DNA of 18,517 nt from Candidatus Firestoneibacteriota bacterium (lineage in GTDB: Bacteria; Oederibacteriota; D2-FULL-39-29; JBDRBU01). The notes under the pieces are model-generated. The model had not been told where the DNA came from. It saw only the letters and a list, made by a program, of their open reading frames with translations, and ran no database searches. This document shows positions 7,747-16,293 of this stretch, one piece after another. The position numbers and the translations under genes were made by a program. The stretch is taken from positions 1 to 18,517 of the forward strand of contig JBDRBU010000106.1 of NCBI GenBank assembly GCA_043822305.1, given 5' to 3'. Every line of letters starts with the position of its first letter. Positions within the stretch are counted from its first letter, which is position 1.

Positions 7747-7755
7747 ATTATATCA
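7747..7755 (-). promoter_or_regulatory. extended -10 promoter element upstream of the DGC gene
   Basis: Minus strand TG-A-TATAAT (7755-7747). The -35 position falls inside the 7759-7780 repeat. Confidence 0.5.
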
Positions 7756-7758
7756 AAT

Positions 7759-7780
7759 CTTGTCCTCGTGAAAACGAGGA
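7759..7780. repeat. 22-bp GAAA-loop hairpin repeat; second copy inverted at 2418-2439
   Basis: CTTGTCCTCGTGAAAACGAGGA versus the reverse complement of 2418-2439, CTTGTCATCGTGAAAACGGGGA (20/22 identical). Stem TCCTCGT-GAAA-ACGAGGA. Confidence 0.75.
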
Positions 7781-7792
7781 ATTGAATTTTTT

Positions 7793-7815
7793 GTAGTCGC
7801 AGGCTTTAGCCTGCG
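7793..7815 (+). repeat. GTAG-type REP element
   Basis: GTAG tetranucleotide, then T, then the palindrome CGCAGGC-TTTA-GCCTGCG, which is the canonical REP layout. Confidence 0.65.
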
Positions 7816-7852
7816 TAATTTATCAGGCTTTTTTGCCCAATGAATTGGACAA

Positions 7853-8131
7853 CTACAATATAGCAATCTTATCAAACTCTTCTACATCTATAGCCGGAAA
7901 AGTAGTAAATGAAATACCTGTTAATTTTGTAATAGCAATTGATGCTTTGATTACTTTTTGAATATTTGGAAGGTCAACCAAAAACACTAAATCATATGAC
8001 CCTAATAACACATACATTAAATTCACCTTACCCCCTGCTTTTTCAATAAGACTTACTACTTTCTCTGTCCTATCTGTAGAAATTTTTTGGACGGCATCTA
8101 ATGAATATTTTCCTAACATTAAAAATTTCAT
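7853..8131 (-). CDS. GYD-domain protein (92 aa)
   Basis: MKFLMLGKYS...IEKAGGKV..MYVLLGSYDLV pattern; GGGAGGTG RBS before ATG 8131. The track start at 8209 is inside tRNA-His. Confidence 0.85.
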   Translation of the reverse strand: MKFLMLGKYSLDAVQKISTDRTEKVVSLIEKAGGKVNLMYVLLGSYDLVFLVDLPNIQKVIKASIAITKLTGISFTTFPAIDVEEFDKIAIL

Positions 8132-8166
8132 TTTTCTCACCTCCCGTGAAAAAATGGTATTTTTTT

Positions 8167-8244
8167 TGGGGTGAGTGACGGGATTTGAACCCGCGACACC
8201 CAGGTCCACAACCTGGTACTCTAACCAGCTGAGCTACACTCACC
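8167..8244 (-). tRNA. tRNA-His(GTG)
   Basis: 8-bp acceptor GGTGAGTG/CACTCACC including G-1:C73; anticodon arm CCAGG-TTGTGGA-CCTGG; T-arm GCGGG-TTCAAAT-CCCGT; encoded CCA. Confidence 0.97.
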
Positions 8245-8254
8245 ATCTGAATTT

Positions 8255-8283
8255 ATTATATTAAATATATAGAATTAAATCAA
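8255..8283 (-). promoter_or_regulatory. sigma70 promoter for tRNA-His
   Basis: TTGATT (8283-8278, overlapping the upstream TGA stop), 17-nt spacer, TATAAT (8260-8255), 10 nt before the tRNA. Confidence 0.65.
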
Positions 8284-9272
8284 CTAATTTTACTCAATCT
8301 ACAGGTAAGAAATATTGAGATTATAAATACAAAAATATATAAAATCCCGGAAAAAAATTCATTTAATCTTATTAAAATATAACCTGTTATAGCCAAAAAT
8401 ATAGAAATGGAATATATTATAAACATAACCTGCTTTCTATTTAATCTTAGTTTTAACAATCTAAGAGGAAAATGATCCGAACTTCCAAAATACACAGGTT
8501 TACCCTGCTTCCACCTCACCCACATAACAAACAATGTATCAAATATGGGTACACCCAGAATAATAATTGGTGTCATAACAGCAAGATTATTGGTAAAACT
8601 ATAACTTTCTGTTATAGCGAGTGTGCCAAGCATAAAACCAATGAATAAACTTCCCGCATCTCCCATAAATATTCTTGCCGGTGGAAAATTATAAACCAAA
8701 AATCCAAGTATAGAACCGGCTAACGATAAAGAGGCTAAAGGACTAAATAATTTCCCGCCTTCCATACCAATTATAAAAAAAGTAATCAAGGCAATAAAAG
8801 CAACACCACCAGCAAGTCCATCCATTATATCTACAAAATTAAAAGCATTAGTAACTCCAACTATCCATAAAACAGTAATAATATTATTTGAAAACTCGTT
8901 TCCTAAAAAATTTATTTTTATATCACAAACAATTAAAATTACTGCTGATAAAATCTGGATAAAAAATTTAAACGGTATATTTAATTTCTTAATATCGTCA
9001 ACCAACCCTAATAAAAAAATAAGACTTGCCCCAATAATAATTCCAACAAGTCCTTTAATTGTGTGTGCCGTGGCCATTTCGTACACAAACAAAGCAATAA
9101 AAAAAGACAAAAATATAGCCACCCCACCCAAATAAGGAATTGGTTTCTTGTGCCTTTTTAGATTATCATCCGGCTTGTCTAAGATATTAAATCTTTTAGC
9201 TATTTTTATGCAAATTGGCACAGAAACCAAACTTAATAAAAACGAACTTGTAAAAATTAACAAATATTTCAT
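8280..9272 (-). CDS. WecA/TagO-like undecaprenyl-phosphate HexNAc-1-phosphate transferase (MraY/glycosyltransferase family 4)
   Basis: LDKP...RHKKPIPYLGG, GLVDD, NAFNFVDIMDGL, YNFPPARIFMGDAGS, PIFDT; polytopic membrane protein. Confidence 0.9.
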   Translation of the reverse strand: MKYLLIFTSSFLLSLVSVPICIKIAKRFNILDKPDDNLKRHKKPIPYLGGVAIFLSFFIALFVYEMATAHTIKGLVGIIIGASLIFLLGLVDDIKKLNIPFKFFIQILSAVILIVCDIKINFLGNEFSNNIITVLWIVGVTNAFNFVDIMDGLAGGVAFIALITFFIIGMEGGKLFSPLASLSLAGSILGFLVYNFPPARIFMGDAGSLFIGFMLGTLAITESYSFTNNLAVMTPIIILGVPIFDTLFVMWVRWKQGKPVYFGSSDHFPLRLLKLRLNRKQVMFIIYSISIFLAITGYILIRLNEFFSGILYIFVFIISIFLTCRLSKIS

Positions 9273-10231
9273 ATATTATCCTTCATTACTCTTTTACTGA
9301 ATATTATTTTTCTTTTTTGTAATATCTTCTTCCATAATTTAAATATATTAATTATACTAAGTCCAACTTTAATATCAAATATAATTATATATATCCAAAA
9401 TAAAAATTCGTAAATTAAGAAGTAATGTAAATGTGATAAGAATTCTTTTAAGGAACAATTTTTCAATAATACCAAATACCTGTTTAACAATATATGCTTA
9501 CGGATAAAAAATGGCTTTTTTGTAAATAAAAACCTCTTTGAAAAAAATCTGGTTTCATTTTTTGCATCACTACCTGATCTATAATGAAAAGCAACTGCTT
9601 TTGGTTCAAAATAAGCTTTCCAACCATATAAATTCGCACGCCAACCCAAATCGAAATCTTCATAATACATAAAAAAATCCTCATCAAAGTATTCATCATT
9701 TATCTTTATATCTTCAAGCATTTCTTTTTTATATAAACTTACCGCACCACATGATGAAAAAACATAACCCTCTTTAAATATATGCTTATCTAACTTCCCA
9801 TATCCCCTTTCTATTGGCTTTAAAAACCTGCTTATAAACTGCCCGGTAGAATCAATAACATTTTTATCAGTTAACCGTAATATTTTACCCGTGATAAGAC
9901 CAACATCGTTTTTTAAACTATTTAATTTATTTATTATTTTTTCTATAAAATCTTCTGCAAGAACTACATCCGAATTAAGAATTAATATATAATCGCCTGA
10001 AGAATTTCTAAGACCAAAATTAGCCGATTTGCAAAACCCTAAATTTTCCGTAATAAAATATATTTTTAAATCCGAATATTTCTTTTTTAAAAACTCCACA
10101 GAGCAATCTGTTGAAAAATTATCAACAACAATAATTTCGCAAACATTATATGTTTGATTTTTTACCGATTCTATACATTTTTCCAAAAATTTTTCACAAT
10201 TATAATTTACGATAACACATGAAATTTTCAT
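9269..10231 (-). CDS. family 2 glycosyltransferase
   Basis: ISCVIVNYN, VVDNFSTD, NLGF, LILNSD, FDEDFFMYYEDFDLGWR; overlaps both neighbours. Confidence 0.92.
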   Translation of the reverse strand: MKISCVIVNYNCEKFLEKCIESVKNQTYNVCEIIVVDNFSTDCSVEFLKKKYSDLKIYFITENLGFCKSANFGLRNSSGDYILILNSDVVLAEDFIEKIINKLNSLKNDVGLITGKILRLTDKNVIDSTGQFISRFLKPIERGYGKLDKHIFKEGYVFSSCGAVSLYKKEMLEDIKINDEYFDEDFFMYYEDFDLGWRANLYGWKAYFEPKAVAFHYRSGSDAKNETRFFSKRFLFTKKPFFIRKHILLNRYLVLLKNCSLKEFLSHLHYFLIYEFLFWIYIIIFDIKVGLSIINIFKLWKKILQKRKIIFSKRVMKDNI

Positions 10232-13200
10232 TATTTCGCTTTTATCTCTATTAAAAATTTTTCATAATTAATATTTGCTATGTTTTTATACTTATTATAA
10301 ATGTCCATGGCTTTATCATGTTCTAATTTTGAAGATTTAACATTACCTGTTCTCTTATAAACCTCGCTTAACAAAAGATGCGCCCTTGAAAAATTTGGCT
10401 CTAAAATTATTGAATCTTTAAGAATTTTTTCAGCAAGATTGTAACTTTTAACTAAATAATAAACATATCCGAGTTCATATCTTAATATAGCATCATTAGG
10501 GTATAAATTTATAGCTTTATTATACTCTTCAACAGTTTCCTGATATAACTTTGCATCATAATATAATAACGCAAGGTGTTTGTGATAAAATGCATTCATT
10601 TTATTTTTTAAAACAGCGGACTTAAAATACGCTTCTGAGATATTAAAAGTTTTTAAATCTTTAGTTAACTTATAATAATTTTGATAATGTTTACCTAAGA
10701 CATCGTAATATTTCCCCGACAAAGGATTTAAAAAAATAGCAGTTTTCATGCTTTTTTCAGCATCTTCCAAATTATGTTTTTTTGTATTATAAAAATAATT
10801 CATATAAAAATGTTCGGCTAGACTATTTTGAATAACGACTATAATTAAAATTAGAACAAGCAGTAATATATACATACGAAGTCTCTTCACCTTGTTCAAT
10901 TTTACAAAACAAGCATTGGTCTGGTTTAACGGCTTTGAAAAAATCACGGCTATCAACATAATAAAAATAATATTTATGGGCAGAAAATGTAGATTAAAAT
11001 CAACAGTAGCATGAATAAGTATGGATATTATAGCCAGAACACTACCCAGAATCAATTTAAGTTCAGATTCATTATTAGTATTTTTTATAAGTATATAACT
11101 TTGTTTAAGTATAATAATAATAAAGATAAACATTAACAGCATCCCGGCCATGCCCATTTCGGAAATTACCTGTAAATATTCATTGTGGGCAAACTCAGCC
11201 AATCTTGTAAATCTTCCGATATTTCCTTCTATCGGGAAAGTATACTTTGGAAAAACATCTGCAAATGTACCCAGACCATATCCCAGAAATGGTTTATCTA
11301 AAAACATCTTTAACGCACTCTTATATATGCCTACCCTGGCATATGCGGCTACATCATCTCCACCGATATTAACCATTCTACTCATGAGAGGATTTGGAAC
11401 TATTAAAAGCAACAAAATTATTATAAAAATTATAAGAGATATGCTAAGTCTAAATCTTTTTTTAATAACTTTCTTACTGGCTAAGATATTTAAAGATATT
11501 AAGAAAAGAATAATAACAAAAACAAAAGATAGCGCCGCTCCTCTTGACTGAGTTAGAACCAAACATATTATAGAACTAATTAAAGATGAACAATTTAAAA
11601 TATTTTTAAAAAGTCCTTTTGAGTTTATTAAGGACATAGAAACTAAGGAGATGTTTATAACTAAAAATCCACCTAATAAATTTGGATTTGGAAATAAACT
11701 TTCAGCCCTTAAATCACCCAGAAAGAAATACTGATAAATACCTATGACAGAAACTGCAAAAGAAACAAAAGTAATAGTTTCTATAACAAACATTATATTT
11801 TTCAAATTTCGCAAATAATTAACAGTTACATAAAAAAGAAAAATACAAGAAATTACTTTAAATATTTCATATAATGTTTTTTCTGTATTTACAGAAACCA
11901 ATAAAGATAAGAATGATAGTAAAATTAAACCAGTTCCAACATAGTCAATTGGTGTCTTAATTAATCTTTCTTTTTTGAAAATCGTTATTAAAAACAATAA
12001 TCCTGTCACAATAAATATAACAGTAAAATTTAAAAGATGAAATTTTGCCAGGAGCACCGATATGACCATGATGCAGACAATCCCTATTTCAAACACATAT
12101 CGTTTCAAAATATTTAACACACCAGAAAACATTGATTGAAGACTCGTGAATGAATGAATAGAAACCTTAAAATTAGTGACATAAAAAGATGATAAGATGC
12201 CCAGATTAGCAAACCACATCAAAGAATTCTGCCACATATTTGAATCTAGATCAACAAGATTATGGACTAAAAAAGATAGGACCGAAGAAAAAAAGCCTAT
12301 AAATAAAGCTTTATTTTCTTTAGAATCTTTCTTGCTTAAAAATAATAAACTTTCTTTTATTATGACTAATACCAAAAAAACCAAAGAAATAAATCCAACA
12401 ACTCCTAATTCACAAAAAACCTGAATATAGAAATTATGTGGATATTTAAGCGGCAAAGAAGTTAAATCTTGAAAAGAGTTTACTCCACTTCCTATTAATG
12501 GTGAAATTTTTATAATATTTATACAATCTTTCCAGTAATTTAGTCTTGATAAAATAGAATTATTAGGGTCACTAAAGTTAAATAAATCGGGTCTTGATAG
12601 TAATATTATGAACAAAGTTAAACCAAAAACAATTATACCTGATAAGACTACTTTCCCCTTGTCCTTAAAGATTAAATAAAAATAAATAAATAAAGATATA
12701 AATAATGTTAAAAAACTACCTACAGATTTTGTAAGATATAAAACAAAAATTAAACCAGTCATAAGTAACAAGACAAATATTTTTTTCAAACCTGATTTTA
12801 AAATCCATAATAAACTTAAACTAATAGGTATAATCATGACAATATAACCTGCAAAAACATTTGGATATAGAAAAGTAGCAAAAACTCGTTTTAAAGAAAC
12901 ATTCTTAACAATCTCTGCTGTAATCACTTTATCATAAATTATCCCGTGTTCAAAAATATATCTTAATATATCATCAAAACCTATATAGTATTGATGGATG
13001 GCAAACAATATCACCAAGGCCGAACTTAACAACACTGTCCAAATGAATTTTATCTTCCATTTTAAAGAATTAAAATTATTTATTATTAAGCTAAACAACA
13101 AAATATAAAATGCTAAATGTAAATTATTAAGATTAAAACTACTGTACTTTGAAAAAATATTAGATACAAAAGTAATTAAAAGAAGTGAAAATAATGGTAT

Positions 13201-13380
13201 GTTAATTTTAGTGTTTGTTAAAACTGATTCTTTTTTAAAAACATTCTGAAAAAACCACAATAAAAATATAAATATTATAGATACATAATAAAAATTTAAA
13301 AAAAAAGGATAAACTTCTGCAGAGAAAAGAGGAGTAAAAAACAATAATAATAAAACTAACCAATTAGTAACATTTTTCAC
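10231..13380 (-). CDS. tandem double O-antigen ligase/O-oligosaccharyltransferase-like (2x Wzy_C) membrane protein with C-terminal TPR repeats
   Basis: Module 1: RVFATFLYPN, LTKSVG, SRLNYW..PLIGSG, PHNFYIQVFCELG, HNLVD. Module 2: RAESLFPNPN, LTQSRG, ARVGIY..PFLGYG, AHNEYLQVISEMG, HATVDF. Followed by TPRs (YNKAINLYPNDA, SIILEPNFSRAH). Confidence 0.85.
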   Translation of the reverse strand: MKNVTNWLVLLLLFFTPLFSAEVYPFFLNFYYVSIIFIFLLWFFQNVFKKESVLTNTKINIPLFSLLLITFVSNIFSKYSSFNLNNLHLAFYILLFSLIINNFNSLKWKIKFIWTVLLSSALVILFAIHQYYIGFDDILRYIFEHGIIYDKVITAEIVKNVSLKRVFATFLYPNVFAGYIVMIIPISLSLLWILKSGLKKIFVLLLMTGLIFVLYLTKSVGSFLTLFISLFIYFYLIFKDKGKVVLSGIIVFGLTLFIILLSRPDLFNFSDPNNSILSRLNYWKDCINIIKISPLIGSGVNSFQDLTSLPLKYPHNFYIQVFCELGVVGFISLVFLVLVIIKESLLFLSKKDSKENKALFIGFFSSVLSFLVHNLVDLDSNMWQNSLMWFANLGILSSFYVTNFKVSIHSFTSLQSMFSGVLNILKRYVFEIGIVCIMVISVLLAKFHLLNFTVIFIVTGLLFLITIFKKERLIKTPIDYVGTGLILLSFLSLLVSVNTEKTLYEIFKVISCIFLFYVTVNYLRNLKNIMFVIETITFVSFAVSVIGIYQYFFLGDLRAESLFPNPNLLGGFLVINISLVSMSLINSKGLFKNILNCSSLISSIICLVLTQSRGAALSFVFVIILFLISLNILASKKVIKKRFRLSISLIIFIIILLLLIVPNPLMSRMVNIGGDDVAAYARVGIYKSALKMFLDKPFLGYGLGTFADVFPKYTFPIEGNIGRFTRLAEFAHNEYLQVISEMGMAGMLLMFIFIIIILKQSYILIKNTNNESELKLILGSVLAIISILIHATVDFNLHFLPINIIFIMLIAVIFSKPLNQTNACFVKLNKVKRLRMYILLLVLILIIVVIQNSLAEHFYMNYFYNTKKHNLEDAEKSMKTAIFLNPLSGKYYDVLGKHYQNYYKLTKDLKTFNISEAYFKSAVLKNKMNAFYHKHLALLYYDAKLYQETVEEYNKAINLYPNDAILRYELGYVYYLVKSYNLAEKILKDSIILEPNFSRAHLLLSEVYKRTGNVKSSKLEHDKAMDIYNKYKNIANINYEKFLIEIKAK

Positions 13381-13386
13381 TAAGAC

Positions 13387-13833
13387 TTACCTTTTTTTTA
13401 AGATACATATAGCAGCCTGTAAACCCAAAATGTAACTTTCCTTACCAAATCCATAAATTCCACCCACGGCAACCTGCGATATAAATGAATGAGATCTAAA
13501 CTCTTCTCTTTTGTATATATTTGAAAGGTGAACTTCAATAGTAGGAATCTTAACAGATGATATTGCTTCTCTAATGGCTAAACTCGTATGTGTATAGGCC
13601 GCAGGGTTAATAACTAAAACCTGAGCCCATTTTTCTCCATGTTTTTGAATAATATTGATTATTTCACCTTCTGAATTTGCCTGAAAAATTTTAACATTTA
13701 CTTTTTCCTTTTTTGCAAAATTTCTAATTTCTTTATCAATCTCTTTTAAGGTGAACCTTCCGTAAATTTCAGGTTCTCTTTTACCTAATAAATTTAAATT
13801 TGGGCCATGAATAACCAATATATTACCTCTCAT
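13387..13833 (-). CDS. aroQ: type II 3-dehydroquinate dehydratase
   Basis: IHGPNLNLLGKREPEIYG, INPAAYTHTS, IEVHLSNIYKREEFRSHS; GGAGG RBS supports ATG at 13833. Confidence 0.96.
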   Translation of the reverse strand: MRGNILVIHGPNLNLLGKREPEIYGRFTLKEIDKEIRNFAKKEKVNVKIFQANSEGEIINIIQKHGEKWAQVLVINPAAYTHTSLAIREAISSVKIPTIEVHLSNIYKREEFRSHSFISQVAVGGIYGFGKESYILGLQAAICILKKR

Positions 13834-13851
13834 TTTTACCTCCAATTTATT

Positions 13852-14622
13852 TTACTTCTCAATCCCTAATAATTTCGCTGCATTTAGATAAAAATATTTA
13901 TGTATATCTTCTTTTGAATAACCAAGTTTTTTTAATTTTTTCTTCCACCATATTTCATCTTTACCATAATTTTCTCCCATATTGTCAGTGCCATACATAA
14001 TTTGATCCAGATAAAGACTTTTTAAGCCAGGTAGTTCGTTTTTAAAAATCCATTTTCCCCATCCAGGACAGGTGTCTGCAAAAGCATTCTTTAACCTCGA
14101 TGTTAAAACAATTGTTTCCAAATATGTTGATGCTCCACCAAAATGTGCAAATATAAAATTAATATCCGGATGCCTTTTGGCTGGAATTTCAAAATGAAAT
14201 GGTGAAGCAGTTAATAAAGAAGTTTTTCTTGAAAACTTTATTGGTGCAATCCAACCACAATGAGAAAGACATAGTAATTTTCTTTTTTCAACTTCTTCCC
14301 AAACAGGTTCAAACTTATCATCATTAGGGTCATATCCAAAATTTGGAAAAAGTTTAATGGATTTAAAACCAAAATCTGAATATTTTTTTATTAAATCAAT
14401 ACATTTTTTTACTGGCATTCTAAAATCAACATAAACACTTCCATATAATTTCTTGGGATGTTTTTTTACTGCTTTTAAGATATCTAAATTCGTATCTACT
14501 TTTGTTATAGAACCATGAACAAGCGCTGCTACAACATCATGCTTATTCATAATTTCCACATATTTGTCCATATATGGGTCATCATTAACTGGATGAATAT
14601 GAATATCTATTTTTTTCATCAT
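13852..14622 (-). CDS. amidohydrolase-superfamily (Amidohydro_2-like) metal-dependent TIM-barrel enzyme, substrate unknown
   Basis: IDIHIH metal motif, IKLFP, SHCG, FAHFGG, MYGTD. Confidence 0.85.
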   Translation of the reverse strand: MMKKIDIHIHPVNDDPYMDKYVEIMNKHDVVAALVHGSITKVDTNLDILKAVKKHPKKLYGSVYVDFRMPVKKCIDLIKKYSDFGFKSIKLFPNFGYDPNDDKFEPVWEEVEKRKLLCLSHCGWIAPIKFSRKTSLLTASPFHFEIPAKRHPDINFIFAHFGGASTYLETIVLTSRLKNAFADTCPGWGKWIFKNELPGLKSLYLDQIMYGTDNMGENYGKDEIWWKKKLKKLGYSKEDIHKYFYLNAAKLLGIEK

Positions 14623-14633
14623 ACTTTTCTAAT

Positions 14634-15461
14634 TTAAACCTTTATGGCCGCAGGATATGAACCTAATATTTTTAAAAACAAACACTCTTTTTCTAACTCA
14701 TTTAAAGCCTTTGCAACTTTTTTATCCTCTAGATGACCTACAAAATCTATAAAGAAATAATAATCCGATGCTTTTCTTATTGAAGGACGAGATTCGATAT
14801 TAGATAAGTTTATTCCATGCTTTTTAAAAGGGATAAGCATTGTATCTAAAACACCCGTCTTATCCCTTATTGAAAATAGTATTGAAGTTTTGTCATCTCC
14901 CGTTTTTGGAACATACTTTTTACCAATAATTAAAAATCTTGTGTAATTATTAAAAATATCCTCTGTTGATAAAATTTCCGCACAAATACGCAAATCCGAA
15001 TCTATAAACATATCTAAGGCATGAGTAATGACACCCTCCGTAGAACTCTCTATAGGCATAACACCATAATCACATCTATTACTCTCTACCTCTGCAAAAA
15101 TATCACTTATACTTTTTACAGCAATATGTTTTACTGAGGAACCAAAATGCTGTAATGAGGCTAAATAAGTAAAAGTAGATTCCTGGTTCAAGTAGGCAAC
15201 CCTTAAAGACGCCTGCAGATCTCGTGAAGCAGAAATTATTTCTTTAAAAATAGATTTAACAGATTTATTCGGAAAAGGGCCTTTGTTGTTTTTTATCAAT
15301 AAATTATATATTTTTACTTCTCGATCAGGGACATAATAATCCTTGCTTTTACATTTTTTAAAATGTTTAACATTTAAGACAAGTTTTGCTCTTTCATTTA
15401 ACAAATTTAATATTCGATGGTCTATCTTATCTATTTGTTTTCTAATATTTTTTAAACTCAT
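14634..15461 (-). CDS. pheA: PheA-like chorismate mutase - internally deleted prephenate dehydratase - ACT protein
   Basis: AroQ-class chorismate mutase N-terminus (RKQIDKID..LLNERA..K...PDRE..SRDLQ), PDT elements (VAYL, PIESSTEG, NYTRF), DDKTS linker, ACT domain IESRP...FFIDFVGH...LGSYP. Only 275 aa. Confidence 0.88.
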   Translation of the reverse strand: MSLKNIRKQIDKIDHRILNLLNERAKLVLNVKHFKKCKSKDYYVPDREVKIYNLLIKNNKGPFPNKSVKSIFKEIISASRDLQASLRVAYLNQESTFTYLASLQHFGSSVKHIAVKSISDIFAEVESNRCDYGVMPIESSTEGVITHALDMFIDSDLRICAEILSTEDIFNNYTRFLIIGKKYVPKTGDDKTSILFSIRDKTGVLDTMLIPFKKHGINLSNIESRPSIRKASDYYFFIDFVGHLEDKKVAKALNELEKECLFLKILGSYPAAIKV

Positions 15462-15476
15462 TTAATACCACACTTT

Positions 15477-16274
15477 TCATTTAACTAAATCAGTTAATGT
15501 GCCCGTTTCAGTGAAAAACGAATCCGCCATTCTTTTATCAACTGCTCTTAATCTACGACATAAGGTTGCAATAAAAACCCATAGTAATTTTACGGCTAAT
15601 GAGTCATTTGAACTTAAAAGTTGTCTAAAATCCTCTCTCTTCATTACAAACATTTCTACATTATCAAATGCTACTGCACTTGCACATCTTTCAGACTCAT
15701 CAAGCAAAGCCATTTCACCAAAAAATTCACCTTCCCTGATTAAGACTAAAACTTCTTCTTTATTAGCTATAGATTTTTTTACAATCTTTACTCTACCAGA
15801 AATTACAATATAAAATGCATTACCTTCCATTCCATCCTCAAATATCTTTTGACCCTCACGATAAGATACTTCTTTACTTATTTTCCTGATATACCAACTT
15901 TCCTCATCTAAAAGGTCTTTAAACGGCTTTATTTTTCTTAGAAATATAACAGATTTAATATATTTGCTTATTTTCTCCTTCACCTCAACATTCGTATCAT
16001 CAAAGGCAATGGCAGAAAAAAATTTATCTTCTTCTTCCTTGGACCTTGTAACTTTACCCTCTATATTTTCAAATCTGCAGTCTTCTTGAAATTCAAATGT
16101 TAATGAAACTAAAGTACCTACCGGTAAAAAAGTATTTATAATCATTGATAAACCACTTCCACCAATATTAATCGTATTACCAACAAAAAATCTACCACCT
16201 AAATCTTTAACCATAACACCTACGGGAAGGGTTATATTAATTCTTTGATATTTTCTCCTTTCCTGATCATACAT
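15477..16274 (-). CDS. PilZ + cyclic nucleotide-binding domain protein (paralog 2)
   Basis: ERRKYQR (RxxxR), NIGGSG; cNMP domain IFEDG..G.AFYIVISGRV...GEFFGEMALLDESERCASA. AGGAGG RBS supports ATG 16274 rather than 16340. Confidence 0.87.
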   Translation of the reverse strand: MYDQERRKYQRINITLPVGVMVKDLGGRFFVGNTINIGGSGLSMIINTFLPVGTLVSLTFEFQEDCRFENIEGKVTRSKEEEDKFFSAIAFDDTNVEVKEKISKYIKSVIFLRKIKPFKDLLDEESWYIRKISKEVSYREGQKIFEDGMEGNAFYIVISGRVKIVKKSIANKEEVLVLIREGEFFGEMALLDESERCASAVAFDNVEMFVMKREDFRQLLSSNDSLAVKLLWVFIATLCRRLRAVDKRMADSFFTETGTLTDLVK

Positions 16275-16293
16275 CTTTCCTCCTAAACCATAC

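Noticed and set aside
4926..8166. tRNA-integrated genomic island or prophage
   Set aside because: The content looks accessory, but there is no integrase and I found no duplicated tRNA 3' end (att site) in the window.
9484..9699. 71-aa alternative-frame ORF inside the GT2
   Set aside because: Fully nested in a well-supported gene with no independent signal.
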